Under the pieces are notes generated by a model. It was not told the origin of the DNA. It worked only from the letters and a program-made list of their open reading frames with translations, and made no database searches. The translations under genes were made by a program, and so were the position numbers. A stretch of DNA of 62,281 bases, counting the filler, from Basidiobolus ranarum (taxonomy: Eukaryota): assembly GCA_040143965.1 (NCBI GenBank). It is 21 parts of 21 records of this genome, joined end to end, with 100 filler letters (N's around TTAATTAATTAA, not from the genome) between each part and the next. Parts side by side here need not be neighbours in the genome. Positions count along the whole stretch, not along the records: positions 1 to 2,882 come from JASJQH010009773.1; positions 2,983 to 5,864 come from JASJQH010009774.1; positions 5,965 to 8,844 come from JASJQH010009775.1; positions 8,945 to 11,824 come from JASJQH010009776.1; positions 11,925 to 14,802 come from JASJQH010009777.1; 16 more parts are not named here. One strand, 5' to 3'. This document shows, one piece after another, positions 1 to 13,127 of the stretch (its first letter is position 1; each line of letters begins with the position of its first letter).

Positions 1-344
1 GGTAAAGAAACAATACCGATATATGCGCCTGGTCCTATTTGCTTTACCCAGCCATCACATTCCTCTGGATACACCGTTTGATATACAACCTCAGGGATTT
101 TACCGTAATTGTGATGATGTTGGGGTAGTCCGCTTTCCAAATTAGACGTTTGGTCAATTTGTCCGTGGCTAAAGTAATGAAAAGAACTTTTGGTTTCTTT
201 CCAACCAAATAAATCTTGAAGAACTACATGAAGTTGTAGTAAGGAAAAAGAACTGGGAACGAGAACAGCACGCCAAATATCTTGTTCAGACTTTCGTATT
301 AAAGCGGCGCGAATCACGTAGAATTTGTCCTTGGAATTTGTCAT
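1..344 (-). CDS. pRiA4b ORF-3-like (MM3350-like) domain protein, 3' end cut by window edge
   Basis: Absent from the ORF track because it has no stop. My translation from ATG 344 is open to base 1: MTNSKDKFYVIRAALIRKSEQDIWRAVLVPSSFSLLQLHVVLQDLFGWKETKSSFHYFSH... The IWRxxLVPSSxSLxxLHxVxQxxFGW pattern matches the family N-terminus. Confidence 0.7.
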   Translation of the reverse strand, partial: MTNSKDKFYVIRAALIRKSEQDIWRAVLVPSSFSLLQLHVVLQDLFGWKETKSSFHYFSHGQIDQTSNLESGLPQHHHNYGKIPEVVYQTVYPEECDGWVKQIGPGAYIGIVSL

Positions 345-1683
345 AGTAGCTCTATCAAACGAAAGAAATGATCACTAATAAACTAGCCCTTTTCAATCCG
401 GGTTCACTTTATATGTTCAGCAAAGTGGAAATTTTTTTCAAGGTTAAGGTGATTGATGTAAGGAGGTAACGAGGAAATTATTGGACCTGTATCAAGTAGA
501 TACATAAATATTTAAGCAAGTAAGCATCAAAGAAGTGTCGTATGTTGTTACCTTATTAGCTTGAATTAAACATGTATTTGGTGGGAGGCATTAATTGAAG
601 CCATCAGCTCCCTTTTTGCAACTAACATTTGTACCAAATAGTCGGATCTCCTAGAAGTACTTCTTATTTTCAGTCACTGGATCCTGCATTCGAGAGCCGC
701 TCTGTACGTTCGGGACATTTTACACATTTCTATCGTTGTTTTGCATTAAAGTGATAGCATCTATCCGGTTAGTATACGGAATGCACGTAGAGAAATGAAA
801 ATATCTAGTATATGTGTGCCTATAAAACATAAAGTGGATGAGCAATCATCTAAACCTGATTATCAAATCCTAACATGATCCAGCTTATGTAATTACATGC
901 TTCCTCTCTGCTTATAAGATACTGTAGCCCTTAATTATGCATACCAAATTGTATCAATTCGATTACAAAAGCAGCAGTATGGGGTAAGTTGTATGGAGAA
1001 GATTATCATTGGTTTGCACACATCGAACAAGCTCCAAATTCGTATAAACAGAATTCATCAAATGCAATAGCGAATGCTGACGAGAAGTTGGATAACTAAG
1101 TGCATAAAGTGAGCACAGAACTGAGCTCCTAGTGATCATTATCAGGTGGAGGAAGAAATTGTTCATTCATAAATTTGGTGTATTATCGATGAAGATTATA
1201 TTACTATTATTATTATATATATAATAATAAAGTTTGATTAAAGAACGTCAGTATTTACATTACCAGTTTCTTAATTAAGAATATTCCTATCGTTTTTTGG
1301 TCAGGTTGCGAATATATTACTATTTGTACCTTTCCTAAAAGAATACTACTAGTATTGGCCAATTACATCGAGACGATCTTGCTTTTTTCTTTGTACAAGA
1401 TCTTCCAGTGTATTTTTCTCGGCAGAATTTGACTCAAGATATTGCTATATTTGGTTCAAATATCCCGGAAAAGTATTCGAAGGGGATCCAAAGAGCATCC
1501 AAAAGGGCTCTTCATTTCCATTGTAACTCCAAACTTGCTCCAAAGAGTATCCAAGAACTTGGTAAAAGATATATAGAGCGAGATGAGCGACTTGTTCAAT
1601 CAAAACCAAGCTTCTCCTACATATTGGTATCGTTCACTTCGTGCTCTAATTCCCTTAATCCTTTTCAATACATTTAAACGCAA

Positions 1684-2867
1684 ATGAGAAAACTCGACCA
1701 AACCGTATCCAAACCCTACCACACGTATACTCATGAAGATGTGTTATCGAAACTGAAAACTGATGTGCAAGCGGGCCTGACTACTACTGAAGCTAAAAGT
1801 CGTTTCGAAAACTATGGTCCTAACGAGATGATTGGCCAAGGGGGGCCTAGTGCTTTTCGAGTACTCTTTAGACAGATTGCCAACGCTTTAACATTGGTAC
1901 TAATTATTGCAATGGCAATTGCTTTTTCTGCAGGTGGAAACTACGGTGAAGGAGGTAAAGCTTCAAGTATATGATAAAATCAAACTACTAGCTCTAATTG
2001 TTATTGTATTAGCTGTTATTGCCTTGGTTATTGTTACGAACTCTACTATCGGGTTTTTCCAAGAATATAAAGCTGAGAAAACACTAGAATCCTTACGGAA
2101 GATGGCGTCACCTACTTGTAGAGTTCTTCGAGACGAGCATTTAGTTACTGTCCAGACTCGTGAGCTTGTTCCTGGTGATATATTGGTCTTTGAGAACGGT
2201 GATATCATCGGTGCTGATTGTCGCCTTATTGAAATTTCTAATTTGGAGTGTGATGAAGCTTTGCTCACTGGCGAGACAGTCCCAGTTCAGAAAAAGTATG
2301 TAACTCGTGCGCTCGATATTGACTCTTCTACTAAACAAATATATTTTCCAGGCTCGACCTCATTAAGGATCCAGATGAACCTATCGGAGATCGTCTGAAT
2401 TTAGTTTACTCGTCAACAAGTGTAACAAGAGGGCGTGGCAAAGGTATTGTAGTCGGTACAGGTATGACTACCGAAATTGGAAAGATTGCTCAGGAACTTG
2501 CTAACAGCGAGAACAAACCTGGTAAAACTCCATTGCAAAAAAGGTACACCGTATTATTTTAAATTTTCTCAACTGACATCACTAACATATGCAACGAAAT
2601 AGTTTGGATAGAATGGCGTATTTGCTATTTGCACTGGCAATTGTTTTCATTCTTATTGTCTTTAGTGTTAACAAATTCCACATCGACCAAAGTATTGCCG
2701 TTTACGCTATCTCGATTGGAATTGCTATCATTCCTGGTGGTTTAATTGCTGTTGTCACCTTTACCATGGCCATTGGTGTTAGAAAGATGGCTAAAGAGCG
2801 TGCTCTTGTTCGTCAGCTTCCGTCTCTGGAAGCTCTCGGTTCAATATCTAATATTTGTTCAGATAAA
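1684..2867 (+). CDS. ENA1: P-type IID (ENA-type) Na+/K+ ATPase, 5' part; exons 1684-1954, 2013-2295, 2352-2543, 2603-2867
   Basis: GT-AG introns restore one frame. Motifs: [28 protein letters not shown] (actuator), [57 protein letters not shown] (start of DKTGT, followed by intron GT at 2868). Confidence 0.85.
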
Positions 2868-2882
2868 GTTAGTGCTAGCTAT

Positions 2883-2982
2883 NNNNNNNNNNNNNNNNNN
2901 NNNNNNNNNNNNNNNNNNNNNNNNNNTTAATTAATTAANNNNNNNNNNNNNNNNNNNNNNNNNNNNNNNNNNNNNNNNNNNN
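2883..2982. other. Artificial contig spacer (first of 20): N44-TTAATTAATTAA-N44
   Basis: The same 100-nt spacer recurs every ~2.97 kb, carries stops in all six frames, and the flanking pieces decrease monotonically in length. Confidence 0.98.
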
Positions 2983-3289
2983 ATATACTGTGGCAAGTTC
3001 AAGAGTTGGGGTGTTAGGGACTACAAGGACCAATACAAAGAGGGATGATGTAAGGATGATCAGGTGACCTTCCATGGAAGGTCTTGGTGGAAACACACTA
3101 TGTGTTGGATGACATGATTGATTAGGTTTCATGGAATGTTCCAAAGAACATGACTTCCATATCAGGTAATTGGGATGAACTAACACCAGATTGCCGAGAA
3201 GGGATGGCACAGCAGATATGATGTTATACTCTAATAATAGAAGAGTTCTATTTGCAGTGGATCAGTATGCCGAGATCAGAATCATGACA
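2983..3289 (-). repeat. LTR family C (TGTCA...TGACA), partial, inserted in CACTA ORF2
   Basis: Reverse complement matches 28487 onward (tgtcatgattctgatc...) and 8365-8844. Confidence 0.7.
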
Positions 3290-5270
3290 GATACTACTGA
3301 GGGTGCTTAGTGGTATTTGTCCAGCTTTTTGTTTGCCTTTAAGTTTGGGGCTAATTACAGCACTTAGAAAAGCACCAGCTTAGATTGGAAAGCCATGAGT
3401 TTTATTAACTGGAGCTTTGGGTTGTTGAGAGAGGCAAGGTGTAGGATAAATTTCCAAATTTTTCACTCTCCCATCTGGTGTACCTGGTCCTAGGGTAAAA
3501 TTGAACTTTTTTGCCAAATATCTGATGCTGAAAATACAGATCTTTATAATGGTGTGAAAAATTTTGTAAGTGGGACTGTGGAGCCTAAACTCACTGGCTC
3601 CTTTGCTTTTCCCTTGGGTTTACCAACTTCTTGCTACTTGAGTACTTCTTCAGCTGCATTTCTTTCTTTTCCAAGTCTATAATTGCTCACATTTTTGAGA
3701 TGTTTTATCAATAGGCCTATACTAGCCTAACTGCCTTTGCTTGCAAAAACCCAGGATAAGCCACATGAAATAAGTCAAAAACCCTCAGAGTAATGCCTGG
3801 TTTTTGGCTTTTCTACAATTGGCTTAAATCAAGGTGATTTTGGACAAGATTTCACACAGTTTCCAAAATGTTCAACCACCCTTCATCAGAGCAAGTGACA
3901 GCAGCTCTGACATTAATAGTCTTTTGGTTTGCTGATTTTCCAATGAGATTACTACTTTCATGTGCCCAAGCAATTGGGCTCATTGTGTGGTGTTGGTAGT
4001 CCAACACATGTTCTGCTCTGCTAGATTGTCTTGGTGACATTCATATGTATGATGAGGGATCGATTTAAATCCTATTTGAAAAAGGATGGAGGAAGAAGCA
4101 TGTTGTTGTAGATCATGTAGAGCTTTCTGAAGGCCCTGTATCATGGTGGGGTGACACTGTAACTGTTGCCTAGTAGCTACAGAGTGCTGCATTAACCGCA
4201 CTATTGTGGCATCTTTATATGTAATGGCCTCTATAGCAACTTTGCAGTTTGATTTATGAATCATTGGACTTGTTCTCTGTGATAGTGCCAGATTGTGCTG
4301 TATATATCATATTAGATTAAGTATTCTAAAATTTATGCGGCACGATTTGGCACTATCCAGCACCCTCTGGCATGATCAGTTTCAATCACATTTACTCTAA
4401 TATAATTGATCCAAGGTCCAATATATCCTGGCACAATGGAACAAGTCCATTAAAATGATCTGGCTCAGATTGCCTTGTTGTGGTAATTCTATCCAAATTT
4501 TCTCTAGGGGGTTGTTCAATAGTTGGCAAACTAGCCATTGTGGAAGTTGATGGTCTTGACAGTTTTTCTGTTGAACTTTTCTCAACTATTGGTTTACTAT
4601 GTAATGGGGGAATACAATGTCTTCACTTGCTCTATTGCTGGAAAGGAACACATCTGGCAAATTGATAAATGCTTCATTATTACTTGAGCTAGTTTCAGGC
4701 AAGTTGATGCCTTCCACAGAGGATAGTGGATTGCTAAACTGCTCATCAATTAAGTCCTTCATTCTTGCTGGTTTTTTTGCTTTTGTGCCAGCAGGATTTT
4801 GCTTGGAAGCCAATTTTGATTTAGATATGGAACTTTTTGAATTGCATTGAAATTCTCCTATGGCAAACTTGGTATAACAAAAAACTTGGAAACAGCTAAT
4901 AATAAGCAAAAATAACCATCCAATGCCAGAAATATTGTGTCAATCCCCTGATGACTTGTTTGTGTCACTATCACAGAATCAGCTGATGATACTGATGGGA
5001 TAGACCTAAGATACCATCCTTGTATAGGGGGTGTTCTTTTTACTACAATATTCTTCACATGTTGCAACACAAACATTTAAAAAACCCCTGTGATCCTTTT
5101 CACAAAGTCTTGTGTTATGAAAGCCAGAGGCTCTATAGAAAAAATAATCACAAGCATGGTCATTGTACAAAGCCTGGTGAGTATCAGCAGTAATTAGTGC
5201 ACAAAATGGACTCAAGTTTTACCCACTGAGTCCACTGGCTGTGCTTTACCACCAAGTCATGGTAACACTG
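3290..5270 (-). mobile_element. CMC/CACTA element fragment: decayed ORF2 plus bidirectional spacer and transposase 5' end
   Basis: Homologous to 21920-23487 and 50552-51650; frameshifts and stops. Confidence 0.75.
4265..4468. repeat. Small unclassified insertion with inverted GGACTTGTTC/GAACAAGTCC and GGCAC motifs
   Basis: Interrupts ORF2 relative to other copies; shares tgatctggctca and ggaacaagtc motifs with 5700-5864. Confidence 0.45.
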
Positions 5271-5279
5271 CTGAAAGTC

Positions 5280-5700
5280 AATATCATTTTCTATTGCTTC
5301 TTTAACAAAATGATCCCTAACATCTATATGTTCTGTTCTAGCAAGAAATATATGGTTCTTAGCTAAGGAAATACTACTGCAATTATCTTCAAATACAGTA
5401 GTAGCACATTTATGTATGTATTGTAAGTCTGTAAATAACTTCTTGAGGCACATTGCTTCTTGTGCAGTATCAGAGGCAGCCAAATACTCTGCCTCTGTAG
5501 TGGAAAATACTAAAGTTGGTTGCTTCCTACTATTCCAAGTTATGGCTACATTACCATGGAGAAGAGTGTATCAAGCAATTGATCTTCTATCATCAAGGTT
5601 TCTTCCCCAGTCAGCATCACCATAGCCTTTGAATTTTTGTGCTTCAAGAGTTGCAGAGTATTCCAGAATTAGATCTATAGTTCTTCTCAAATACTGTAAT
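5280..5700 (-). pseudogene. Ty1/copia RT-RNase H remnant
   Basis: STTEAEYLAASDTAQEAM...FEDNCSSISLAKN...RTEHIDVRDHFVKE. Confidence 0.85.
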
Positions 5701-5964
5701 AGACTTGTTCCATTTTATTGAGCCAGATCAGGCCTGCTAAAAAGTGTGCCAGCACAAATTGGCATGATTAGGCACTTTCTGGCACAATGTTATTTACCAT
5801 TTTGGAAACAGTTTATTTTACTTATGTGGTATATTTAAGAAAAGTACTTTTAGACATTATTACANNNNNNNNNNNNNNNNNNNNNNNNNNNNNNNNNNNN
5901 NNNNNNNNTTAATTAATTAANNNNNNNNNNNNNNNNNNNNNNNNNNNNNNNNNNNNNNNNNNNN

Positions 5965-8360
5965 ATACAAGCAACTGATTGGCCTTAGACTTTGTGTTCA
6001 GATGCAGTCACCATACTCCATATTTTCCTCTTTGGGAATTACTGCTTGTACCACAAGTCACCAGACTTTCAACACCTTAACACATTTTACATGTTAGTTT
6101 GCTTACATCTTGACAAAACTACAAATGTCAACTTTCTACTCAATGCATCAATAATTGCAAACCACCAATTCCTCTAACTCTCCAAACCACTTCCAACAGG
6201 ACCCCTAATACTTTATCAATATCTTGGTGAGATATAACATAACTGATTACTAAGCTATACTTGATTATATAGGTGCTTAGGCAATGCTAATCTTAATACT
6301 CTCCCCAACCAAACAGCCATATTTACTAATTCTAAGGAAGGTTTAAAATCCTCAAATTTTGGTTTAGCTAATGGTTTGGTAAATATATCAGCAATCATGT
6401 CTTCTGTAGAACAGAAAGTTAAGTCAATAAACTTTTTCTCTATAGTCTCTCCAAATAAATGATCTCTAATATATTTATGTTAGCTACTATTATGAAACAC
6501 AGGATTTCTAGCTAATTAAATACAACTTTGAATATCTTGAAATATCTTACTTGGTGAATTTTGAGATGGCTTAAATTGGTTAAGAGTTTTCTTAAACATT
6601 CTGCTTCTTTTGTTTCTTCACAGGCAGCCATAAATTCCATATTTGTTATTGAAAGTTCTATGGGAGATTGTGGCTTTGAATTCTAAGAAATAGCTCCATT
6701 ATGGCAAAGAAATAAGTATCCTGTTATAGATCTCCTGTCATCAATCTCTCTTCCCCAATTAGCATCTGAATATCCCATCAGATCAAGGTTTGATCTAGAG
6801 AAGGTGTTTTTTAAGCGCAGATCCATAGTACCTTTCAAATACATGAAAATTAACTTAATTGCTATGGTTTCATCAGATCCATAATTTTGAAGATATTGGC
6901 ACATAGGTCCCACAGAATATGCCATATCTGGCCATGTTCCAGCCACAATATGCATCAAGCTACCACCATAAATTGATAAGAACATTTCTGGCTTTCATTT
7001 GAATCAAAGAACATATGGGTTGAGCTGTTTTTGGTCAAGTTACAATTTGTCTCCATTGGGATAGATACTGGAATACATTCTGCAAATGTGAACATCCTTA
7101 GCACATCTAGGATATACTCAGATTGGCCTAAAGATATTATTTGTTAGTCATATTTATGTAAATTTGGATTCCAAGATAGTATGTCAGTTCATGAATATCA
7201 AGCATTTGAATTTGGCAGATGTTTTGGGTGAAAATGTATAATTCTCATTAAGCAAAACATCCTTGGACTTGATTAACTGTGAAATTTTGGTATCATACAG
7301 TCTGAAAGCCTTAGTTTGAGTTCAATAACCCAAAAATATGCTTTTCTTACTTTTTGGATCAAATTTAGACCAATTTTTGGTCATTATATTGACACAAGCA
7401 AGGCATACAAAGATCCTCAAATATTTTACATCAGGTTTAACTAAATGCCAATCTTGATATAGTGTAGAGTTAGACAGATTTCTCCCCTCCATTATCAGTA
7501 TGAATAATCTTAATCTTTAGACCAGTTTCAGTCTCCACCATTCCTTTGAGTTTCTTGAAGATATCAAAGGCTTCTCATCCTTACTGGTCAGAAAGTACAC
7601 CCAAGTATACTTTGTCTTATCATCAACAAAGGTCATAAATTACCTTTTTCTGCCTAAGGATTTTGTTGGCAATGGGCCACACAGATTGGAGTGCATCAGG
7701 CCCAATTTTTGATCAATTTTACTCCTTCCAGAGCCCACAAATGGCTGTCTGTGTTGCCTGACATTTAGAAAACCTTCACATAGCTCCAGATCTGGTGGAA
7801 TTATGAAACTTAGTCACAAAGCCATCTTGTCTTTGACTAAATTTCTCATATTTTCAGCTCCTAGATGAACTAATATCCTAAGCCAGATTGACCAGTCTAT
7901 CTCTTCAGCTGTGGCAGTATTAACATGTCCATATATTGGCCTAATACAATGAAGCTTATACAAGTAATATTGCTTAGCTCCAGAAGCTACATAATTCCCT
8001 TTTTGACCAAAATTAAAGCTATGTCTCTCAGATATAGCTTTACTCACTGATAACAAATGTTGTTGCTATCCCAGGAACATATAGCATGTTTTTCATTGTC
8101 AAATACAAGTCCCCAAAGGTTCCTCCAAGATGCACTTCAATTACTCCTTCTCACAAAGCTTCTAGTGGCCAGTCATGTCCCATATAAACCTTCTTATTTA
8201 TGTCAGTTTTGAGTGTCTTAAAGCAGTTTTTTTGATTACATAAATGTTGAGAGGCTGCAGAATCAGTATACCACATCCTACAGTCTTGTTCAGAGGACAC
8301 TGATAGGCCAGAAATGAATAAAACTCCCTCTTTGTTCAAAACCTAATTAGCTTGTTCTGA
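5965..8360 (-). mobile_element. Decayed Ty1/copia: protease, integrase, RT, RNase H, PPT and 3' LTR (family A), with a second LTR-A end ending at ~6218 in opposite orientation
   Basis: WYTDSAASQH (protease), HSNLCGP (integrase), GSLMHIVAGTWPDMAYSV and GYSDANWG...RRSITGY (RT/RNase H); purine tract next to the LTR at ~6299. Confidence 0.85.
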
Positions 8361-8364
8361 CATT

Positions 8365-8844
8365 GACAAAAATCTGATCTCAGCATACTGACCCACTGCA
8401 AATGGAACTTTTCTATTATCAGATTATGACATCATATCTGCTGTACCATTACTTCTTGGCAATCCTGTGTTAGTTCATCCAGGCTACCTTATATGGAAGT
8501 CATGTTCTTTGGAACATTTCATGAAACCTAACCAATCATGTCAACCCACACATAGTGTATTACCACCAAGACCTTCCATAGAAGGTCACCTGATCATCCT
8601 TAGATCATCCTTACATCCTCCCTCTTTGTGTTGGTCCTTGTAGACCCCAACACCCTGACACTTGAACTTGCTACAGTATATTCCCTATTCAGTATATTAT
8701 GTTTCACTCTGCAATATCTATATAAGCCCCATGTATTCCTTGATCAGACATCAGTCTGACCAATGCCAGTTATCAATAAAGATTCATGCCCAAGTATCTT
8801 CCCTGTCCCGTCTTGTCTTGTGGTTTACACCTAAGTACTCTCCT
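8365..8844 (+). repeat. LTR family C, partial
   Basis: Matches 28487-28950. Confidence 0.7.
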
Positions 8845-8944
8845 NNNNNNNNNNNNNNNNNNNNNNNNNNNNNNNNNNNNNNNNNNNNTTAATTAATTAA
8901 NNNNNNNNNNNNNNNNNNNNNNNNNNNNNNNNNNNNNNNNNNNN

Positions 8945-10745
8945 TGCCTTTCACTGGTGATCCGAAATATCTGAAGTCATGTACTGTTTGCACACAATTG
9001 GCAATCACTGAATCAGGTAAATATTGATCATAGTTGGCTTATGTACCATAGATTCCCAATCTTAAAGTTTTGATGAAATCACAAAAATATAGATCAATGA
9101 TCCAATACCAAAGTACTCACCATTGAGCAGATGTTATTACCCAAATACATGATGGATATCACCACCGGAATCCTGAAAAGTCAAGATTTTCTTGAGAACA
9201 CTTTTGATCATGCATTTACATTGGCTCTGGAAGGTTTCTCACAAAAAAAATATACCATTCAAAAGGCTTGCTGACCAATAATTTTAATAACCTTAAATCT
9301 TACTCCTTCTGAACAATACAAGAGTCATACAATTTTGATACTATCCGTCATATCTGGACCTATATCACCAGTGCTTGTAGACAGCTTCTTTGAGCCTTTG
9401 ATTGTGGAATTTGATTTGCTATCTAATGGGATTCAGATGGGTGAATATTTTATTGAAGCCAATACCATTGTATGTATTGGTGACACTCCTGCCATCCATG
9501 AACTTGGAGGTCTTGACAGGCTCAATGCACTATCTTACTGTATATTTTGTCAAATTAACAGAGTTTACTCTATCTGGCATAATTATTACTAATATACAAG
9601 TGTAACACTAAACTCCATAATTCCACCATTCAGAGCCCAGTCAGAGTCCAACATGCTAACTGATATCAATTCACCAGATAGTCAGTCTAACATCAAACTT
9701 AGTATTAGCCATAAAGCTAAGATTACATTGCTAAAGGGATCAGCTGGAGTCAGAGCTTCCCATTAGGCACCATGCACTTACTATTCAACAACATTCCAAT
9801 ACTACTTACTCATCTATATAGTGAATAATTCAATATGAATGAGCCATTTGAGATATGATCAAAGTTTCTAACAATTGCAATAATGTTTGATAATGTCAAG
9901 ATATTATCACTCTTTACAAGGACTTCCATCAATAACCACTCATCTAGGCATTGATTCAATTACAAAGACTGGAAGTATTGGATATATATATCCAAGTGCG
10001 ATTTTGAAAAGATTTCTGCCTGATACATATTGGCAACATTGGGAGTTGTTTGTCAATATTGTTAATATATTCTTATGGCATCAACTCATATTGGCAGAAT
10101 CTCAGGCAGATACAGCAACTATGCAAAGATCTTGTGATTGGATATGCAAAACTTTATTACAGGTTTAAAGTACATAGACTGAATTTATGGCAGTATTCAA
10201 TACATTCCCTACTACATCAGTCACAGTGGTTACAGGTTATAGGCCTTGGTACACATTCTGGGAGTTCACAATGGAGCACAACTGTGATGAAATAATGCTG
10301 CACATGAAATTGTCAATATTACCATATGCTAATCTGTTTAACAATGTATCAGCAAAATCAGTGATGGATATGATGTAATATGTGAAGGAGACTCCAGACT
10401 ATATTAACCTTCCAGCAAAGGGCTCTTTTCAATGAGCTCATGGGTTTTCCCATTGCTTAAGTACAAGAATAGTGAAAGAACCCAATCTATGGACTGAGAG
10501 TATGTACATCTATAATTTGGGCTCATTTTCTTATTTGATAATCTGATAGTATTTCTAGTATTACTTTGCTGGTAAATCATATTGATATTGTTAAGGTACA
10601 TCTGATCAGTCAAGTGAGTTCATATGCAGAGGCTAAACACACTGCAATTCATGTATTTTATATGTTTCATTATGGGTGGAATACAAGCCAACAATATCTA
10701 AATAAAGGCATGCATATTAATTCAAATTCTCATAGTAGTAGAACA
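8945..10745 (+). mobile_element. CMC/CACTA Tnp2-family transposase, decayed, running into right subterminal region
   Basis: NLTPSEQYK...SVISGP...DSFFEPLIVEF...CIGDTPA, MHL, WQHWELFV, PWYTFWEF. 10680-10740 is the reverse complement of the sequence inside the right terminus (14745-14802). Confidence 0.8.
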
Positions 10746-10749
10746 TGAA

Positions 10750-11824
10750 TCTTGACATCTCCACTGAGTTCCCATTAGTACATTGTTCAACTCTAGTTTG
10801 CTGTGGAGAATAAGGTACACTAGTTTGCTGCTTAATTCTATGTTTAGAAAAAAACTAGCAAAGTCTTTAGAGCAGCATTCTCAACTATTATTGCTCCTGA
10901 GTACCCTAATATTATGAGCTGATTCTTTCTGTACCATTGCTTTGTAGTGCTTGAATGGATCTTGTTTTGTAATCAATAAAGGTCATGGAGTACCTTTTGC
11001 CACCTAGTGAGATGTTTTTCATGGGGCTACATAGGTCATAATGAATCAGGGCCAAATACTGAGTGAATCTGATCTCTCCAGAGCGGGAAAACAGCTGTCT
11101 GCTATGTTTTCCATATCTTCCCACGAATCCAATTTAGTGACATTTTCAATTTTCTCAGCCTGAAACAAGCTGATTTTGCATCATTTGGGTCAGTTTTTGT
11201 TTGACAATGTGGTCTGATGTTCTAAGCTCTGTTTGACAGCTTAATGCACTAGTTTTGGCCAGGTTTACATGCTCAGAATGCAATGTGTTGATATTGAGCT
11301 TGTATAGGTTTTCAGTTTTGATCCCAGTAGCTTATTTAGTATTATTCTGCTCTGTGATAGTATATCCCACCTTGCTGAATATGAAATTTAGTCCTTGAGT
11401 TGTTGTTTGGCTTACTGAGAGTAGATTCTTTGGTATGTTTGGTAGATAGAGTACATCATCCAATTTTGCAGATGGTTTAGCTGAATTTAGGTCCAAATTA
11501 ACACAACTATGCCCTATCTAACAGCATCAAGTGCATAGTCATCACCTCAGTAGACTTTACATGTTTCAGTCTCCTTTGAGCTGGAAGACCAATCTTTCTT
11601 CTTTACTTTATGCTTGGAAGCTCCTGAATCAATGTATCATTTTTTGGAGTCTTTATTAGTGGTTAGTGATAGGGCAGACACAAATGGATGACCTCTATCA
11701 GTGCTAACTTGATTTGCTTGTTCTAATTTTAGCTATTTGGCAAAATTGCTTTTCCTATAATATTTGATTAAATAGCTTGTATCCAGCAATACTTGCAGAT
11801 GATTGATTTCCTACTAGTGGCACT
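10750..11824 (-). pseudogene. Ty1/copia protease-integrase remnant
   Basis: YIDSGASKH-like motif; LIHYDLCSPMKNISLGGKRYSMTFID. Confidence 0.75.
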
Positions 11825-11924
11825 NNNNNNNNNNNNNNNNNNNNNNNNNNNNNNNNNNNNNNNNNNNNTTAATTAATTAANNNNNNNNNNNNNNNNNNNN
11901 NNNNNNNNNNNNNNNNNNNNNNNN

Positions 11925-12244
11925 TAGCATTGCCTAAACACCTATATAGTCATATATAGCTTAGTACTTAGTTATCTTATAACTCACTAAGATATTATCC
12001 ATTATTCTCATAAGGAATTTACTTAGAAGTTTGAAGATATATAGATTTTGATAACTTGTGCTAGAAGCCCCAAACTCTGCACACATGTTGCTGGGACCTT
12101 CCTTAACACATTCTACATGTTATTTTGTTTACATCTACACAAAACTATGAATGTCAACTTTCTACTCCATAAATCAACAAGTGAAAACTACCAATTTCTC
12201 TAATTCTCCAAACCACTTCTAACAGGCTCCCAAACACTTTAACA
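11925..12244 (+). repeat. Copia 5' LTR (family A), 5' end cut by contig edge
   Basis: Ends ...ctttaaca directly before the PBS; homologous to 13808-14151, 27534-27704 and 40800-41030. Confidence 0.8.
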
Positions 12245-12257
12245 AGTTATGAGCCCC
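12245..12257 (+). promoter_or_regulatory. Primer-binding site complementary to the tRNAi-Met anticodon arm
   Basis: agttatgagcccc versus consensus GGTTATGAGCCC, directly after the LTR CA. Confidence 0.75.
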
Positions 12258-12275
12258 AAGCTTGCACTCTCTGTA

Positions 12276-13127
12276 ATGTCTACTTCTCAAATAAATGGAA
12301 CTTTTCCCTCTTCTGAAAAATTGGACAGAACCAATTATCAAGTTTGGAAAATTAATATGAAGATGCTGCTGCAAGAAAAAAGACTTTGGGACACTGTTGT
12401 AGGAGAAGAAAACAATGCAAAACTATCTGAAACCATAGCTTTACTCCAGGTTAAAAAAGAACAAAGTGCCCTTAACACAATTTGTCTTAATGTTAAAGAC
12501 AAATTGCTATTTCAATGTTCAAGAGCCAAAGCTGCCAAAAAGGTATGGAAAGCCTTGGAAGACACCTACCAAACAAGTTCTGCTACCAACAAGATGCTTC
12601 TAAGAAGACAATTCTTTAACTTAAAAATGAAGCTAGGAGAAGACATTAAATCACTAATTAACAGAGTCACTATTTTATTGGATGAAACAGAATGCATTGG
12701 AGTACTTACTACTGAGCATGATATCATAGTTACAGTCCTGAATAGCTTGCCACACAAGCTTCAGAGCCTAGTAATGACTCTGGAATCAAGAACTGAAAAT
12801 TTCACCTTATATGATATATATGGCAGACTTCTGGATGAAGATATATGCCAATTGGGATCCAACCAAAAGAATGAAGAAATAGAGCACTTTGAGAAGAAAA
12901 GTAGCACATTCTGTGATTACTGTAAAAGAACTGGCCATTTAAGCAAAGATTGCTTTAAAAGAATAGCAAAAGAAGAAAAACTTACTGATTCTGGACATGT
13001 GGTTATAACAGAAAATATCTTGTTCATATCTGCTCTATCTATGACTACCAACAAGGAGTCTCAGACATGATATATTGATTCTGGAGCCTTCCAACATTTC
13101 ACAAATGAAAAACAGTGGTTTGTGGAT
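12276..13127 (+). pseudogene. Ty1/copia gag and start of protease, interrupted by a CACTA insertion
   Basis: KLDRTNYQVWKINMKMLL, zinc knuckle CDYCKRTGHLSKDC; TGA at 13068 replaces the Trp of W-Y-I-D-S-G-A. Confidence 0.9.

Noticed and set aside
12249..13070. Domesticated intact gag gene, or programmed stop read-through
   Set aside because: It sits after an LTR and PBS, the stop is a TGG-to-TGA change in the protease motif, and the element is cut by a CACTA insertion.
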